From a virus, in the IMG/VR virus record IMGVR_UViG_3300029813_000255, positions 1-64,000 of that record: a stretch of 64,000 nucleotides of DNA; one strand, written 5' to 3'. Below the pieces are notes generated by a model, which did no database searches, had not been told where the DNA came from, and worked only from the letters and a program-made list of their open reading frames with translations. The translations under genes and the position numbers were made by a program. Within the stretch, counting starts at the first letter, position 1. Each line of letters begins with the position of its first letter. Positions 1-8,114 of this stretch are shown piece after piece.

Positions 1-126
1 AACGAAAAAGAAAAAATCGAGAAAATCCGACGAGAAGGAGGAGTTTATGATTTCAAATACGGACAATATATAATTGATGAAATTCATAATATCACGATAA
101 TGTATATGGAAGTGTATAAAGAATGA
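1..126 (+). CDS. Hypothetical protein, 5'-truncated
   Basis: Frame 1 is open from base 1 to TGA at 124-126, overlapping the next ATG (ATGA). Confidence 0.5.
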   Translation, partial: NEKEKIEKIRREGGVYDFKYGQYIIDEIHNITIMYMEVYKE

Positions 127-431
127 TAAGAAATCTAACATCAGAGCAGAAAGAAGAATTAATTGAGAGACTTGCTAAATTAGAGCATGAACAGTGGGTA
201 GAATGGGGTAAAAGTATTGCGCCTGAGTTGGTAGAACTTAGAGATGCTGCTTCAATTCCTCTTGTTAAGGATTTTTTAGTATTAAAGACAACTGAGCGGT
301 TACAGCGTTGGAATAGTTTTTGGGTTTCATACGAGGACTTGAATGAAAAAATAAAGGAACGAGACAGAGTATGGGCAAGGAAAGTTTTACATATATTTGA
401 AGAACTGAATATGGAAATTTTATCAAGATGA
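123..431 (+). CDS. Hypothetical protein
   Basis: 102 aa ORF, ATGA-coupled; EH..W...Y..L.E..KE.DR pattern. Confidence 0.65.
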   Translation: MIRNLTSEQKEELIERLAKLEHEQWVEWGKSIAPELVELRDAASIPLVKDFLVLKTTERLQRWNSFWVSYEDLNEKIKERDRVWARKVLHIFEELNMEILSR

Positions 432-658
432 AAAGAAAACCATTTAGATACATGGAATGTAAACGTTCTCAAATGACTGTTAGAGAACTAAAAAGGATAT
501 TAAAGAACTATCACGATGATACCGTCATTTATGTAGAACCAGAAAACTCTGCTAATAAAGGTGATACTCTTTGGGCACAGAAAGTTTTGGATTCGTATTG
601 CTGTGAAAAAAGAATAGGAAAAGAAGACGCTTTAATGCTTGTGGGAGATATAAAATGA
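428..658 (+). CDS. Hypothetical protein (MTVREL-type small viral protein)
   Basis: Coupled ORF in the + strand gene run. Confidence 0.55.
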   Translation: MKRKPFRYMECKRSQMTVRELKRILKNYHDDTVIYVEPENSANKGDTLWAQKVLDSYCCEKRIGKEDALMLVGDIK

Positions 659-800
659 AGAAATATCCACGAATTAAAACACATAAAGATCAAGTTTTGA
701 TAGTAATGGTGTTAGACGAAAAAGGAACAGCGACAACGGATTACTATTCTTTGAAAGAAATAAGGCAAATACTCAAAGAACAAAAAGAGGAAGATGAAAA

Positions 801-1088
801 ATGAAAATAATATGTGAAACTTGTAACCATGAGTTTGAAGGTGAAGAATGGATGAAACAATGCTACGATTGTTACAAAAACTTTAAAGGACAAAAGAGAA
901 TAAGTATAGTAAGAGAAGAACGGTCCATAGGCATAGTAATATTATCACATCCGACTTGTACAAAGAAGGAAATTGACGAATATATAAAAAAGAGATTTGG
1001 CTCTGTTAATACTCCTGAGAATTGGGGTGCTGTTGAAGTAACAGGTAAGAATCAAAAGGTGTGGTGGAACTGTCAGAATAGTGATTGA
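801..1088 (+). CDS. Zn-ribbon protein
   Basis: CETC...CYDC at the N-terminus. Confidence 0.6.
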   Translation: MKIICETCNHEFEGEEWMKQCYDCYKNFKGQKRISIVREERSIGIVILSHPTCTKKEIDEYIKKRFGSVNTPENWGAVEVTGKNQKVWWNCQNSD

Positions 1089-1106
1089 GAATAGTGGGTG
1101 ATATAA

Positions 1107-1349
1107 ATGGAAAAGAGACGCTCAGTAATTATGTCAATAGTAGTAATTATAGGGTGTTTAAGTATAATCGAGGGTATAGGGGTTCTTTTTGCTGATATTG
1201 TCTTTGCAAGGTTTCTTTTTGGTCTTGGAGTTTTTACAGGAATGATGATTTTATGGCTTGCTGATGTTTTTACATATATAATTCTAACAAGCAAAACTAA
1301 ACAAAATGAACCTAATATCAATAGACAAGCAAACCAAAGAAGCAAATAG
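1107..1349 (+). CDS. Small membrane protein
   Basis: Two hydrophobic segments; GGGTGA RBS. Confidence 0.55.
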   Translation: MEKRRSVIMSIVVIIGCLSIIEGIGVLFADIVFARFLFGLGVFTGMMILWLADVFTYIILTSKTKQNEPNINRQANQRSK

Positions 1350-2073
1350 TTGGCTCAAAACGTGGAAACGTCAAAAAAAGAAAGCATTGATTCTTCACGG
1401 TCATGTAGGCACAGGTAAAACTACTTTGGCATATCAGATAGCAGAGCAGCACAATTATGGTGTAGTAGAGTTTAACGCTTCTGATTTGAGAAACAAGGAG
1501 TTTATGCAGAAATTGAAGAAACTCTCGTTACAGAGTTCTTTTGAACCTACGCTTATACTATTAGACGAGTGCGATACCTTGGAATCTCGAATAAACGATC
1601 TTAAAGGTGTTATAGAAAAAACACAAAAACCTATTATTCTTACCACAAATTATTACGGTAAACTTTCAGGTGTAAACAAGGTTTGCAAGTCAATTCGATT
1701 CTACAAACCAAAACTATCTGACTTGAGTAAGTTGGAAGGGTCAGATTTAGCTAAGCTATCTGAGTCTGGAGCAAGTGATTTTAGGCAGGCTGTTGCTGTT
1801 GGACAGGGTTCACAGGGATATATTTCTACCTCAGAAAGCAAGCGAGACAGGCTTACTGAGATGATTAGGAGTGGACATTATGAGAAATTGGATGTGGTAG
1901 ATGTAGTGTTTTTGTTGGATTCATCCACCGAACTATATGGATTTTCATTATACGAGTGGATAAAAGCATTGCAGTGTAGGGATGTATGTGGTAGAGATAT
2001 GGTTTTGGAAGGATTAAGACCAGAGATGGAAATAAAGGAGTTTTTTTATAGTAAAAAAAGGATGGAGAAATGA
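1306..2073 (+). CDS. rfcL: Replication factor C large-subunit-like AAA+ ATPase (clamp loader)
   Basis: Walker A GHVGTGKT, RFC box EFNASDLR, Walker B LLDECD, sensor PIILTTN. Confidence 0.85.
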   Translation: MNLISIDKQTKEANSWLKTWKRQKKKALILHGHVGTGKTTLAYQIAEQHNYGVVEFNASDLRNKEFMQKLKKLSLQSSFEPTLILLDECDTLESRINDLKGVIEKTQKPIILTTNYYGKLSGVNKVCKSIRFYKPKLSDLSKLEGSDLAKLSESGASDFRQAVAVGQGSQGYISTSESKRDRLTEMIRSGHYEKLDVVDVVFLLDSSTELYGFSLYEWIKALQCRDVCGRDMVLEGLRPEMEIKEFFYSKKRMEK

Positions 2074-2342
2074 AAGAATGTTGGGTATGTATTGTGGAGA
2101 TTAGAGAAGACAATAAACCAGAGAGAAGTATTCCAAAGGGGTTTGATGCACCTATGCGCGGTGCAATAGAAAAAGTATTGGAAATAAATAATATAATGTA
2201 TGACCGGATAGAATCGGGATGGGGATTTCCTCCTTCGCAAGTCGGGAAACTCATTAGTACATGGACAAGATGTAATATTATTGATGATCAATTCGAGAAG
2301 GATTTAAGAGTTGGCAACAAATTAAGGAATAAAAAAGAATGA
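2070..2342 (+). CDS. Hypothetical protein
   Basis: Coupled ORF. Confidence 0.55.
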   Translation: MKECWVCIVEIREDNKPERSIPKGFDAPMRGAIEKVLEINNIMYDRIESGWGFPPSQVGKLISTWTRCNIIDDQFEKDLRVGNKLRNKKE

Positions 2343-2596
2343 AAGAAGAAGATATATATGAAGTGCGAGAAACAACTGTCAAAAGACCATTTCGATTGTA
2401 CGTAGATAATGAGTGGATAAGTAGTTATGAGACAGAAATAGAAGCGTTAAGTGGACTTAGTAGTTGGATAGCTAAGAATGGTCTTGAAAGTTTTGTGGAT
2501 GGATTGGAATATGTATTTGATAGTGCTTTTGTATGCAAAGTACTCAAGATAAAAACCGTACTAAAAGTACCAACTAAGGAGGAAGAGGAAGAATGA
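2339..2596 (+). CDS. Hypothetical protein
   Basis: Coupled ORF. Confidence 0.55.
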   Translation: MKEEDIYEVRETTVKRPFRLYVDNEWISSYETEIEALSGLSSWIAKNGLESFVDGLEYVFDSAFVCKVLKIKTVLKVPTKEEEEE

Positions 2597-3498
2597 AAGA
2601 AGAAGATATACCAAAAGAAGTTTCGGAAAGTATAAAGCGGATTAGTGAGAAGCGCTCAATACCACTTGAAAAAGTGATAGTTGAATACGAGAGAGTATTG
2701 GTGTCGGATAAAATACAAGGATGGGATGTGCCGGACATCGAAAGAGCGAAAGTTGCAGGGAAGATATTGTTCAAGGATTTTATGTTCAAGGAGCCTGTAA
2801 CGACATACTCAATGGTGATACCTATTGGAACAACCGAACCACGACTGAAAAAAGGTGCAAAGGACATTGTGGAGAATATGCGTTCAACTATGTTTGCTGC
2901 TGTTAGAGTCACTGACGAACCTTTTGAAGTGAAAGAAGTAGTTTTTAACGGAGAACAGGCAACGAGAGTTCAGGAAATACAGATGATAAGAGTGTATTCA
3001 AACGTAAAACTCTACGATAAGGGTTTCTTTATTGAGGTTGGAGACGATACAAAATTTGATAACCCGCAGAAACTTAAAAATATGTCAGAAGAAGATGTCA
3101 TAACCAAGATATGTAAGTTACCAAAACTGGACAAGCTTTCAGATGTAGTTACACATAGATCGAGGAGAGAAGATACAGGGTACATTGACAGGACTGATAT
3201 GTACCTGGTCGAGGGAATGGTGCAAAGAGGGTTTAAGAAGGGATATGCAATTAAGGACGAATCACTTGAATATGAAGAGAAATCGGTTAAGGTAGCAGGT
3301 GAAACTATTATTTTACCGCAAACCTTGACAGTTTGGGTTCCAAGCAGATTTTATAAGTGGGATGAAGATTCTGAGTTAGCTTTTTTAGGAACGATTGATA
3401 TTGGGCGACAAGATAAAAAACCCATTATGAACGCAGTACTTGCTTATCCAGTTGGTTTTGTCTGTGAGATACCTCAAGGCGGGAAGAAGGAGAAATAA
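2593..3498 (+). CDS. Putative OB-fold ssDNA-binding (RPA-like) protein
   Basis: 301 aa; helical N-terminus then beta-rich segments; lies in the replication module. Function inferred. Confidence 0.45.
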   Translation: MKEEDIPKEVSESIKRISEKRSIPLEKVIVEYERVLVSDKIQGWDVPDIERAKVAGKILFKDFMFKEPVTTYSMVIPIGTTEPRLKKGAKDIVENMRSTMFAAVRVTDEPFEVKEVVFNGEQATRVQEIQMIRVYSNVKLYDKGFFIEVGDDTKFDNPQKLKNMSEEDVITKICKLPKLDKLSDVVTHRSRREDTGYIDRTDMYLVEGMVQRGFKKGYAIKDESLEYEEKSVKVAGETIILPQTLTVWVPSRFYKWDEDSELAFLGTIDIGRQDKKPIMNAVLAYPVGFVCEIPQGGKKEK

Positions 3499-3501
3499 AA
3501 A

Positions 3502-4239
3502 ATGAGTGAAGAAAAAATAATAGATGAAGACGAATTAGATGGTTTGCTTGAAGAAGCAAAAGGAGAGAGTACAGAGCAAGCCGGGACTGTAAAAGAGCCA
3601 GAACTTGAACTTGAATTGGAGCCAGAAAGTCAGGGAGGGGAAAGTAGAGATTTGAAAGTAGAGGAAGAGCCAAGTACAGGACAAAAGGAAGTTGTACTGT
3701 CCGAAATGGTTTCTACAAATACACCAGAACAGCTACAACAGCCACGGGAAGCTATACAGCCAATAACACCGCAAACCGGATTAGTAGCACCTGTTTGTTC
3801 GGTTCAAGAATCAGTTAGGATTTTCAAGGAATTTGAGCAGGCAAAGAAAGAAATTCTTAGTGCTAAGGATGTACTGTGGATAGGAAGTGATGGAAGACCG
3901 GCAATTGAGGGAGAGGGAAGTCCACATATAAAAAGAAGTGGTTGGAGAAAGCTTGCAAGATTCTTTGGTCTGAGTTGGAATATTGAAGATATTGAAAGGA
4001 TGGATATGCGATCAGGAGGCTATATGTATAAAGTACGTGTAAAGGTATGGCATCCGGCAGGGGCTTCAGTTGTTTCTGAAGGACTGGCGTCGTCACGTGA
4101 CAAATTCTTCACGAAGGGTAATAAGATAGAACCAGCAGAAGAAAATATTGTAATGAAAGCTGAGACAGTTGCAATAAACAGAGCAATAAGTGATATATTG
4201 GGAAGTGGTGAAGTATCAGGAGAAGAGACAGTAGATTAA
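3502..4239 (+). CDS. Putative ssDNA-annealing/recombination protein (Rad52/Sak-like fold) with acidic N-terminal tail
   Basis: KRSGWRKLARFFGLS...YKVRVKV...EGLASS...MKAETVAINRAISD pattern typical of viral annealing proteins. Confidence 0.55.
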   Translation: MSEEKIIDEDELDGLLEEAKGESTEQAGTVKEPELELELEPESQGGESRDLKVEEEPSTGQKEVVLSEMVSTNTPEQLQQPREAIQPITPQTGLVAPVCSVQESVRIFKEFEQAKKEILSAKDVLWIGSDGRPAIEGEGSPHIKRSGWRKLARFFGLSWNIEDIERMDMRSGGYMYKVRVKVWHPAGASVVSEGLASSRDKFFTKGNKIEPAEENIVMKAETVAINRAISDILGSGEVSGEETVD

Positions 4240-4250
4240 AGCTTTATATA
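4238..4250 (+). promoter_or_regulatory. Archaeal BRE-TATA promoter of the RAMP cassette
   Basis: AAAGCTTTATATA. Same motif class at 15711, 29471, 32553, 41124, 42799, 52667, 55610, 61591, 63296 (+) and 15820, 25551, 28751 (-). Confidence 0.7.
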
Positions 4251-4282
4251 CTACTAACTTCTATTGTTGCATAGTGGTAAGC

Positions 4283-4465
4283 ATGAATAGTAAAGAAGTA
4301 TTGTATAAAATAAGAAGAGTGACTATATCAGAAAAGGCAAAGAAAACGTACATCGCTTTAGAAGACGAAAATGGAGAAACAGCAGGAACACTGAGTTTGA
4401 GAGGGAAGAAGGAAGGAATGATCGGAATGAAAGAAGTTAGGATATTAGGAGAGGAAGATGAGTGA
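4283..4465 (+). CDS. Small hypothetical protein, first gene of the RAMP cassette
   Basis: ATG about 30 nt after the TATA box; overlaps the RAMP gene start. Confidence 0.55.
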   Translation: MNSKEVLYKIRRVTISEKAKKTYIALEDENGETAGTLSLRGKKEGMIGMKEVRILGEEDE

Positions 4466-5003
4466 GAAGTTTAAGGTAGAAATAAGAGGAACGAGACCTT
4501 TATTGATGAATTCTCCGGCAAATATATTGGAGAATCAAACAACAAAGCGATCAAGAGAAGACATAACTCATAAAGAAGAAGCAGAAAAAGTTTTATATAA
4601 AGATAAGGATAACAAGCCAATTGTTCCTGCTCTAAATATTTTAACTTGTTTAAGAGATTCAGCAGTAAACTTTAAAGTTCCAGGTAGAGGTAAAAAGACA
4701 TTTAAGAACTTTATTTTTGCGGGATTGCGTATTGAACCAGAGCAAATCTCTATTATTTCAAGCAACGGGTGGAATGTAGATATACGAACTGTTGTGATAA
4801 ACCGAGGACGAGTTCCAAAAATAAGACCAAGATTTGATGAATGGAATTTAGAGTTTCAGATAGAAATACTCGATCCTATTATCACAGCGACAAATTTGAA
4901 GCAGATCTTAGTTGATGCCGGAAAATTTAACGGGCTACTGGATTTCAGACCTTTATTTGGTCTTTTTGAAGTGATAAAGTTCGAGAAGGTTAAAAGTGAG
5001 TAG
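4458..5003 (+). CDS. Stand-alone Cas7/RAMP-like RNA-binding protein (Vipr-like)
   Basis: Beta1 KVEIRGTRPLLMN, PIVPALNILTCLRDSA helix, RPRFDEW strand, C-terminal Gly loop AGKFNGLLDFRPLFGLFEV; adjacent pentamer array. Confidence 0.75.
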   Translation: MSEKFKVEIRGTRPLLMNSPANILENQTTKRSREDITHKEEAEKVLYKDKDNKPIVPALNILTCLRDSAVNFKVPGRGKKTFKNFIFAGLRIEPEQISIISSNGWNVDIRTVVINRGRVPKIRPRFDEWNLEFQIEILDPIITATNLKQILVDAGKFNGLLDFRPLFGLFEVIKFEKVKSE

Positions 5004-5298
5004 GGAAGATATACATATAACAAATCTGGAAGTAGTAGTAAAAGAATATCTTGATAAAAATAGAATAGATTATATATTCCAATTTCCAACCAGAACAGGT
5101 TTCGTAATAGATTTTGTTATACCGAATAAGAAAGTAGCAATAGAGGTAGATGGAAATGTTTGGCATAGTAGTAAGGAAGCAATAAAACGAGATAGGTTCA
5201 AGGATTATCAACTAAAGAAAGAAGGTTGGAAGGTGGTGAGAATCAAGGAAGAAGAGATAAATAGTTTAGATAGTTTACTCTTACCTGTTATTAGGTGA
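4996..5298 (+). CDS. DUF559/Vsr-like PD-(D/E)xK endonuclease
   Basis: IDFVIPNKKVAIEVDGNVWH...RDRFKD..LKKEGWKVVRI. Confidence 0.85.
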   Translation: MSREDIHITNLEVVVKEYLDKNRIDYIFQFPTRTGFVIDFVIPNKKVAIEVDGNVWHSSKEAIKRDRFKDYQLKKEGWKVVRIKEEEINSLDSLLLPVIR

Positions 5299-5395
5299 GC
5301 AAGGCGGAGCGTGGCGCTGCACGGCTCGGTAAGGCGATGTTCGGCTTGGCTTGGAACGGCAAAGCGGGGCGGGGTAAGGCTTGGTTTGGCATGGA
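5296..5395 (+). repeat. Array of 20 NN-GGY-type pentamers
   Basis: tgAGC aaGGC ggAGC gtGGC gcTGC acGGC tcGGT aaGGC gaTGT tcGGC ttGGC ttGGA acGGC aaAGC ggGGC ggGGT aaGGC ttGGT ttGGC atGGA. Position-4 G is invariant and 13/20 units end in GGY; GC-rich island in an AT-rich genome. Confidence 0.92.
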
Positions 5396-5430
5396 AGAGA
5401 AGGAGACATTTTTCTCCTTCTCTTATTTTA
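5395..5430 (+). terminator. Perfect 12-bp hairpin plus T-tract
   Basis: AAGAGAAGGAGA-catttt-TCTCCTTCTCTT then ATTTTA. Confidence 0.7.
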
Positions 5431-5446
5431 ATATATAAGAAATAAT

Positions 5447-5557
5447 GGGTACGAAAAACCAAGTTATCGTTGCTTGGTGTAGATAAGAAGAAATACTGGT
5501 AGTCTTATTGAAACCAACAGAGGACGCTTTGAGGAGGTGCAAACCCTCCCGTACCCA
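5447..5557 (+). ncRNA. tRNA-like structured element
   Basis: 7-bp acceptor-like stem GGGTACG/CGTACCC plus A; T-arm GGAGG-TGCAAAC-CCTCC directly before it; two inner hairpins; no canonical D or anticodon arm. Confidence 0.5.
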
Positions 5558-5563
5558 ATAAAT

Positions 5564-5800
5564 ATGAACGGAATAATGTTATACAAAGCAAAATTAGGAT
5601 TTCTTCAACTGAGAACTGCAAAAGCATTGACAAATAAACTTCAAGGAGAAGGTATTGTTAAGACTGCAAAAGTCTATCTTCCTGGAGTAGGTATCAATAC
5701 TTTTGTTGAAAATTGTTCTGAAAAGGGAAAGATTATTGTAGAGAGATACTTTAAGAATTGGACTCCGAATAAGATTGAATGGAAAGAAGAAAATGAGTGA
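5564..5800 (+). CDS. Hypothetical protein
   Basis: ORF; ATG 5564 preferred over GTG 5537, which lies inside the tRNA-like fold. Confidence 0.5.
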   Translation: MNGIMLYKAKLGFLQLRTAKALTNKLQGEGIVKTAKVYLPGVGINTFVENCSEKGKIIVERYFKNWTPNKIEWKEENE

Positions 5801-6131
5801 AAAGAGGTTTCAGTGGTACAGCTTGCCAGAAGAAGTAAGACATAAGTTAATGTGTATATCTACAGGATTTTACAATCTCAAAGATAGTGGTATGTGGATT
5901 CTTGCTCCAGCAGGGTATGAGTCAGGAGCGATTGTCATCTTGAGGACATATAGTTGTTTGTCATACGATATTTTTGTTCCCACTATTATCAATATGATGC
6001 GAGATGGAGTATTAACTGCTATTTTTCCAATCGGTATGAAAGTTGTAGATGTTGTGTTTTATCAGTTCGATAAGGACAATTCATTTCACTGTAATGCTTA
6101 TCGTAGAGCAGGATTAGAGGCGAATGAATGA
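5775..6131 (+). CDS. Hypothetical protein
   Basis: ORF coupled to primase. Confidence 0.55.
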   Translation: MNGKKKMSEKRFQWYSLPEEVRHKLMCISTGFYNLKDSGMWILAPAGYESGAIVILRTYSCLSYDIFVPTIINMMRDGVLTAIFPIGMKVVDVVFYQFDKDNSFHCNAYRRAGLEANE

Positions 6132-7105
6132 ATATAAATGGCGTTGGGTTTTTATTTTCCGTGTATCCGCGCGATATATCAATTCCGAATAGATTTAAAA
6201 AAGGTAGTTTTTATCGTAAACAAATAACTTGTGCGAGGGACTTTCAACGTTATCTATCCTTAATGAGCGGTTTATCAGTGGGAACGTACACGTCAGTTTA
6301 TGACACCGACGAGAAAGTAGTAGTGGATAAAATTGTTTTCGATTTCGATTCCAAAGATTTGATCGCAGGACTTAGAGATGTAGAGATTCTGATTGATAGA
6401 TTACACAAGCAAGATATACCGTATCTTGTTGTATTTAGCGGAAGAAAAGGATTTCATGTTTGGGGTTTGTTGAAACCAACTAAGCTACCGCGAGATGTAG
6501 CTGGATACTGTCTCGCTAACTTAGAGAGAAGTTTAATTAAAGGTTTAGATACAATTGATACACATCTAATAGGCAACGTGAGTGCAATGATTCGAGTTCC
6601 AAACACCTTGAACGATGGTAGATATTGCACTCCACTACCTTTCGAGTTCAGAAAAATGTCTCTTCAAGAGATTCTGGATTATAGCAAGACTCAACACACA
6701 ATAAACATCTTTCCAGGTGAATTCAAAACAATTCAAGAGTTAGCAGGTGATTTTAAATCTCCTCAAAGAAATAACAGAGAAGAGTTTAAAGATGAAATTA
6801 AGGTCAGTTCAGTTCCTAATATGGAAATTTTGGAAGAGCTGATTCGTCCTTGTATTATTAAAGAAATTCAAAAATCTAATCCATGTAGCACGGCGAGATT
6901 GGATTTTGTTTCGGAAATGATGTTCGCTACATTTACACCGAAACAGATTCTTGACGTTATTAGGGGATTAGATTGGGAGAATTTTGACGAACGAATGACA
7001 CAATATCAGATAAAAAAAGTCTTTGAGAAGAGATTAAAACCTTATAGTAATTCTAAGTTGAAAGAAGCGTTTGGTTGTGATAGCGATAGTTATTACTGGT
7101 GGTGA
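6128..7105 (+). CDS. priS: Archaeo-eukaryotic primase, PriS catalytic domain fused to a PriL/PriX-like C-terminal domain
   Basis: FDFDS, FSGRKGFHV, IRVPNTLN motifs; C-terminal RPCI...ENFDERMTQYQI. Confidence 0.85.
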   Translation: MNINGVGFLFSVYPRDISIPNRFKKGSFYRKQITCARDFQRYLSLMSGLSVGTYTSVYDTDEKVVVDKIVFDFDSKDLIAGLRDVEILIDRLHKQDIPYLVVFSGRKGFHVWGLLKPTKLPRDVAGYCLANLERSLIKGLDTIDTHLIGNVSAMIRVPNTLNDGRYCTPLPFEFRKMSLQEILDYSKTQHTINIFPGEFKTIQELAGDFKSPQRNNREEFKDEIKVSSVPNMEILEELIRPCIIKEIQKSNPCSTARLDFVSEMMFATFTPKQILDVIRGLDWENFDERMTQYQIKKVFEKRLKPYSNSKLKEAFGCDSDSYYWW

Positions 7106-7356
7106 ATAAAATGAGTATAATACTTTATTTTGTGTGTCTATATCTTCTAATAGGCTTTATAATGTCAATATACACTTTTTCAAGTACATGGAATGATATT
7201 AAGAAAGATAAGATAAGTGTTATTATAGTGAGTTTCATGTATTGCACCGTAACATGGATTCGGGTTGTTCTTAGTGGTTTTAGGCTGAGAAAGACCGTTA
7301 ACAATACGAGAAAAGGAAGAAGAAAAGATTCACTGCAAAGGGGGAAACAAAAATGA
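7099..7356 (+). CDS. Small membrane protein
   Basis: Two hydrophobic segments. Confidence 0.5.
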   Translation: MVNKMSIILYFVCLYLLIGFIMSIYTFSSTWNDIKKDKISVIIVSFMYCTVTWIRVVLSGFRLRKTVNNTRKGRRKDSLQRGKQK

Positions 7357-7760
7357 ATATTTTACACACTCAAATAATACTTTGTTTTATTGATTCTTTT
7401 CCACCCAACGTGATCTACAACACTCTTAAAGAGTTTGGCGTGGGCGTAAGAAAACAAGACTTTTTTGATAAGGTTCGAGAGATTAAGAATATACAGTTTG
7501 ACAAGGAAAAAGCTAAATTACTACATACACCGGTCAAATATCTCACAGAAGAGGAGAAAGAGGAGAAATATCGGTTACAGTATGATAAAATGGTAGATGA
7601 ATCGTTTAGACGGGGTCGAATTGAAAATAGAAAAGCTGCAAGGCAATTTATGAAAACAGACAATTATGAGGAGGATAGGGAGCTTATTCCAGGCGAGAAA
7701 GTAGAAGATGCTTATAACGAGATGACAAAATATTTGAAGTATGAGCAGGAGGTGAAATAA
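7353..7760 (+). CDS. Hypothetical protein
   Basis: 135 aa coupled ORF. Confidence 0.6.
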   Translation: MNILHTQIILCFIDSFPPNVIYNTLKEFGVGVRKQDFFDKVREIKNIQFDKEKAKLLHTPVKYLTEEEKEEKYRLQYDKMVDESFRRGRIENRKAARQFMKTDNYEEDRELIPGEKVEDAYNEMTKYLKYEQEVK

Positions 7761-7949
7761 ATGTTAAGAATATATGCAGTAGGATTGAAACTTGAATGTA
7801 GCGGTGTGACGTGTCTTGATTATGTGAATTTCTATCTGAAACGTTCAGATGCAGAAACAGATATAAAAGAACATAGAAAAATTGGTGAGAAAGGAGCGTT
7901 TGTTATTCCTATTGAGATTAAAGAGGAATATGAGGAGGATTTAAAATAA
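7761..7949 (+). CDS. Hypothetical protein
   Basis: GGAGGTGA RBS upstream. Confidence 0.5.
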   Translation: MLRIYAVGLKLECSGVTCLDYVNFYLKRSDAETDIKEHRKIGEKGAFVIPIEIKEEYEEDLK

Positions 7950-8114
7950 GATGTTGCAAAAATTTCGATGTGTATTAGAGTTCGATGTGCCTTACGGTAG
8001 CACTGTGGATGCAGAAGATGCGAAAAAGGAACTTAGAAAGAGAATTATTAATCGTTGTTATGCAGTCAAAATTTATGTGAATACTGTTAGAGAGATTACG
8101 GAGGAGTAATAAGT

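Larger units (their letters stand above)
5296..5430 (+). ncRNA. Putative guide RNA (pentamer array plus 3' hairpin)
   Basis: Non-coding on +, begins at the nuclease stop codon, ends in a 12-bp stem followed by a U-tract; expression is inferred. Confidence 0.65.

Noticed and set aside
5296-5395. Array as a simple microsatellite or CRISPR array
   Set aside because: Units vary systematically at two positions and carry decodable information; there are no 25-40-bp repeats with spacers
5208-5462. 84-aa minus-strand ORF across the pentamer array
   Set aside because: The period-5 repeat and lack of RBS or promoter indicate a shadow ORF of a non-coding element
5447-5557. Canonical tRNA gene
   Set aside because: No D-arm consensus, no 7-nt anticodon loop or recognisable BHB intron; kept only as tRNA-like
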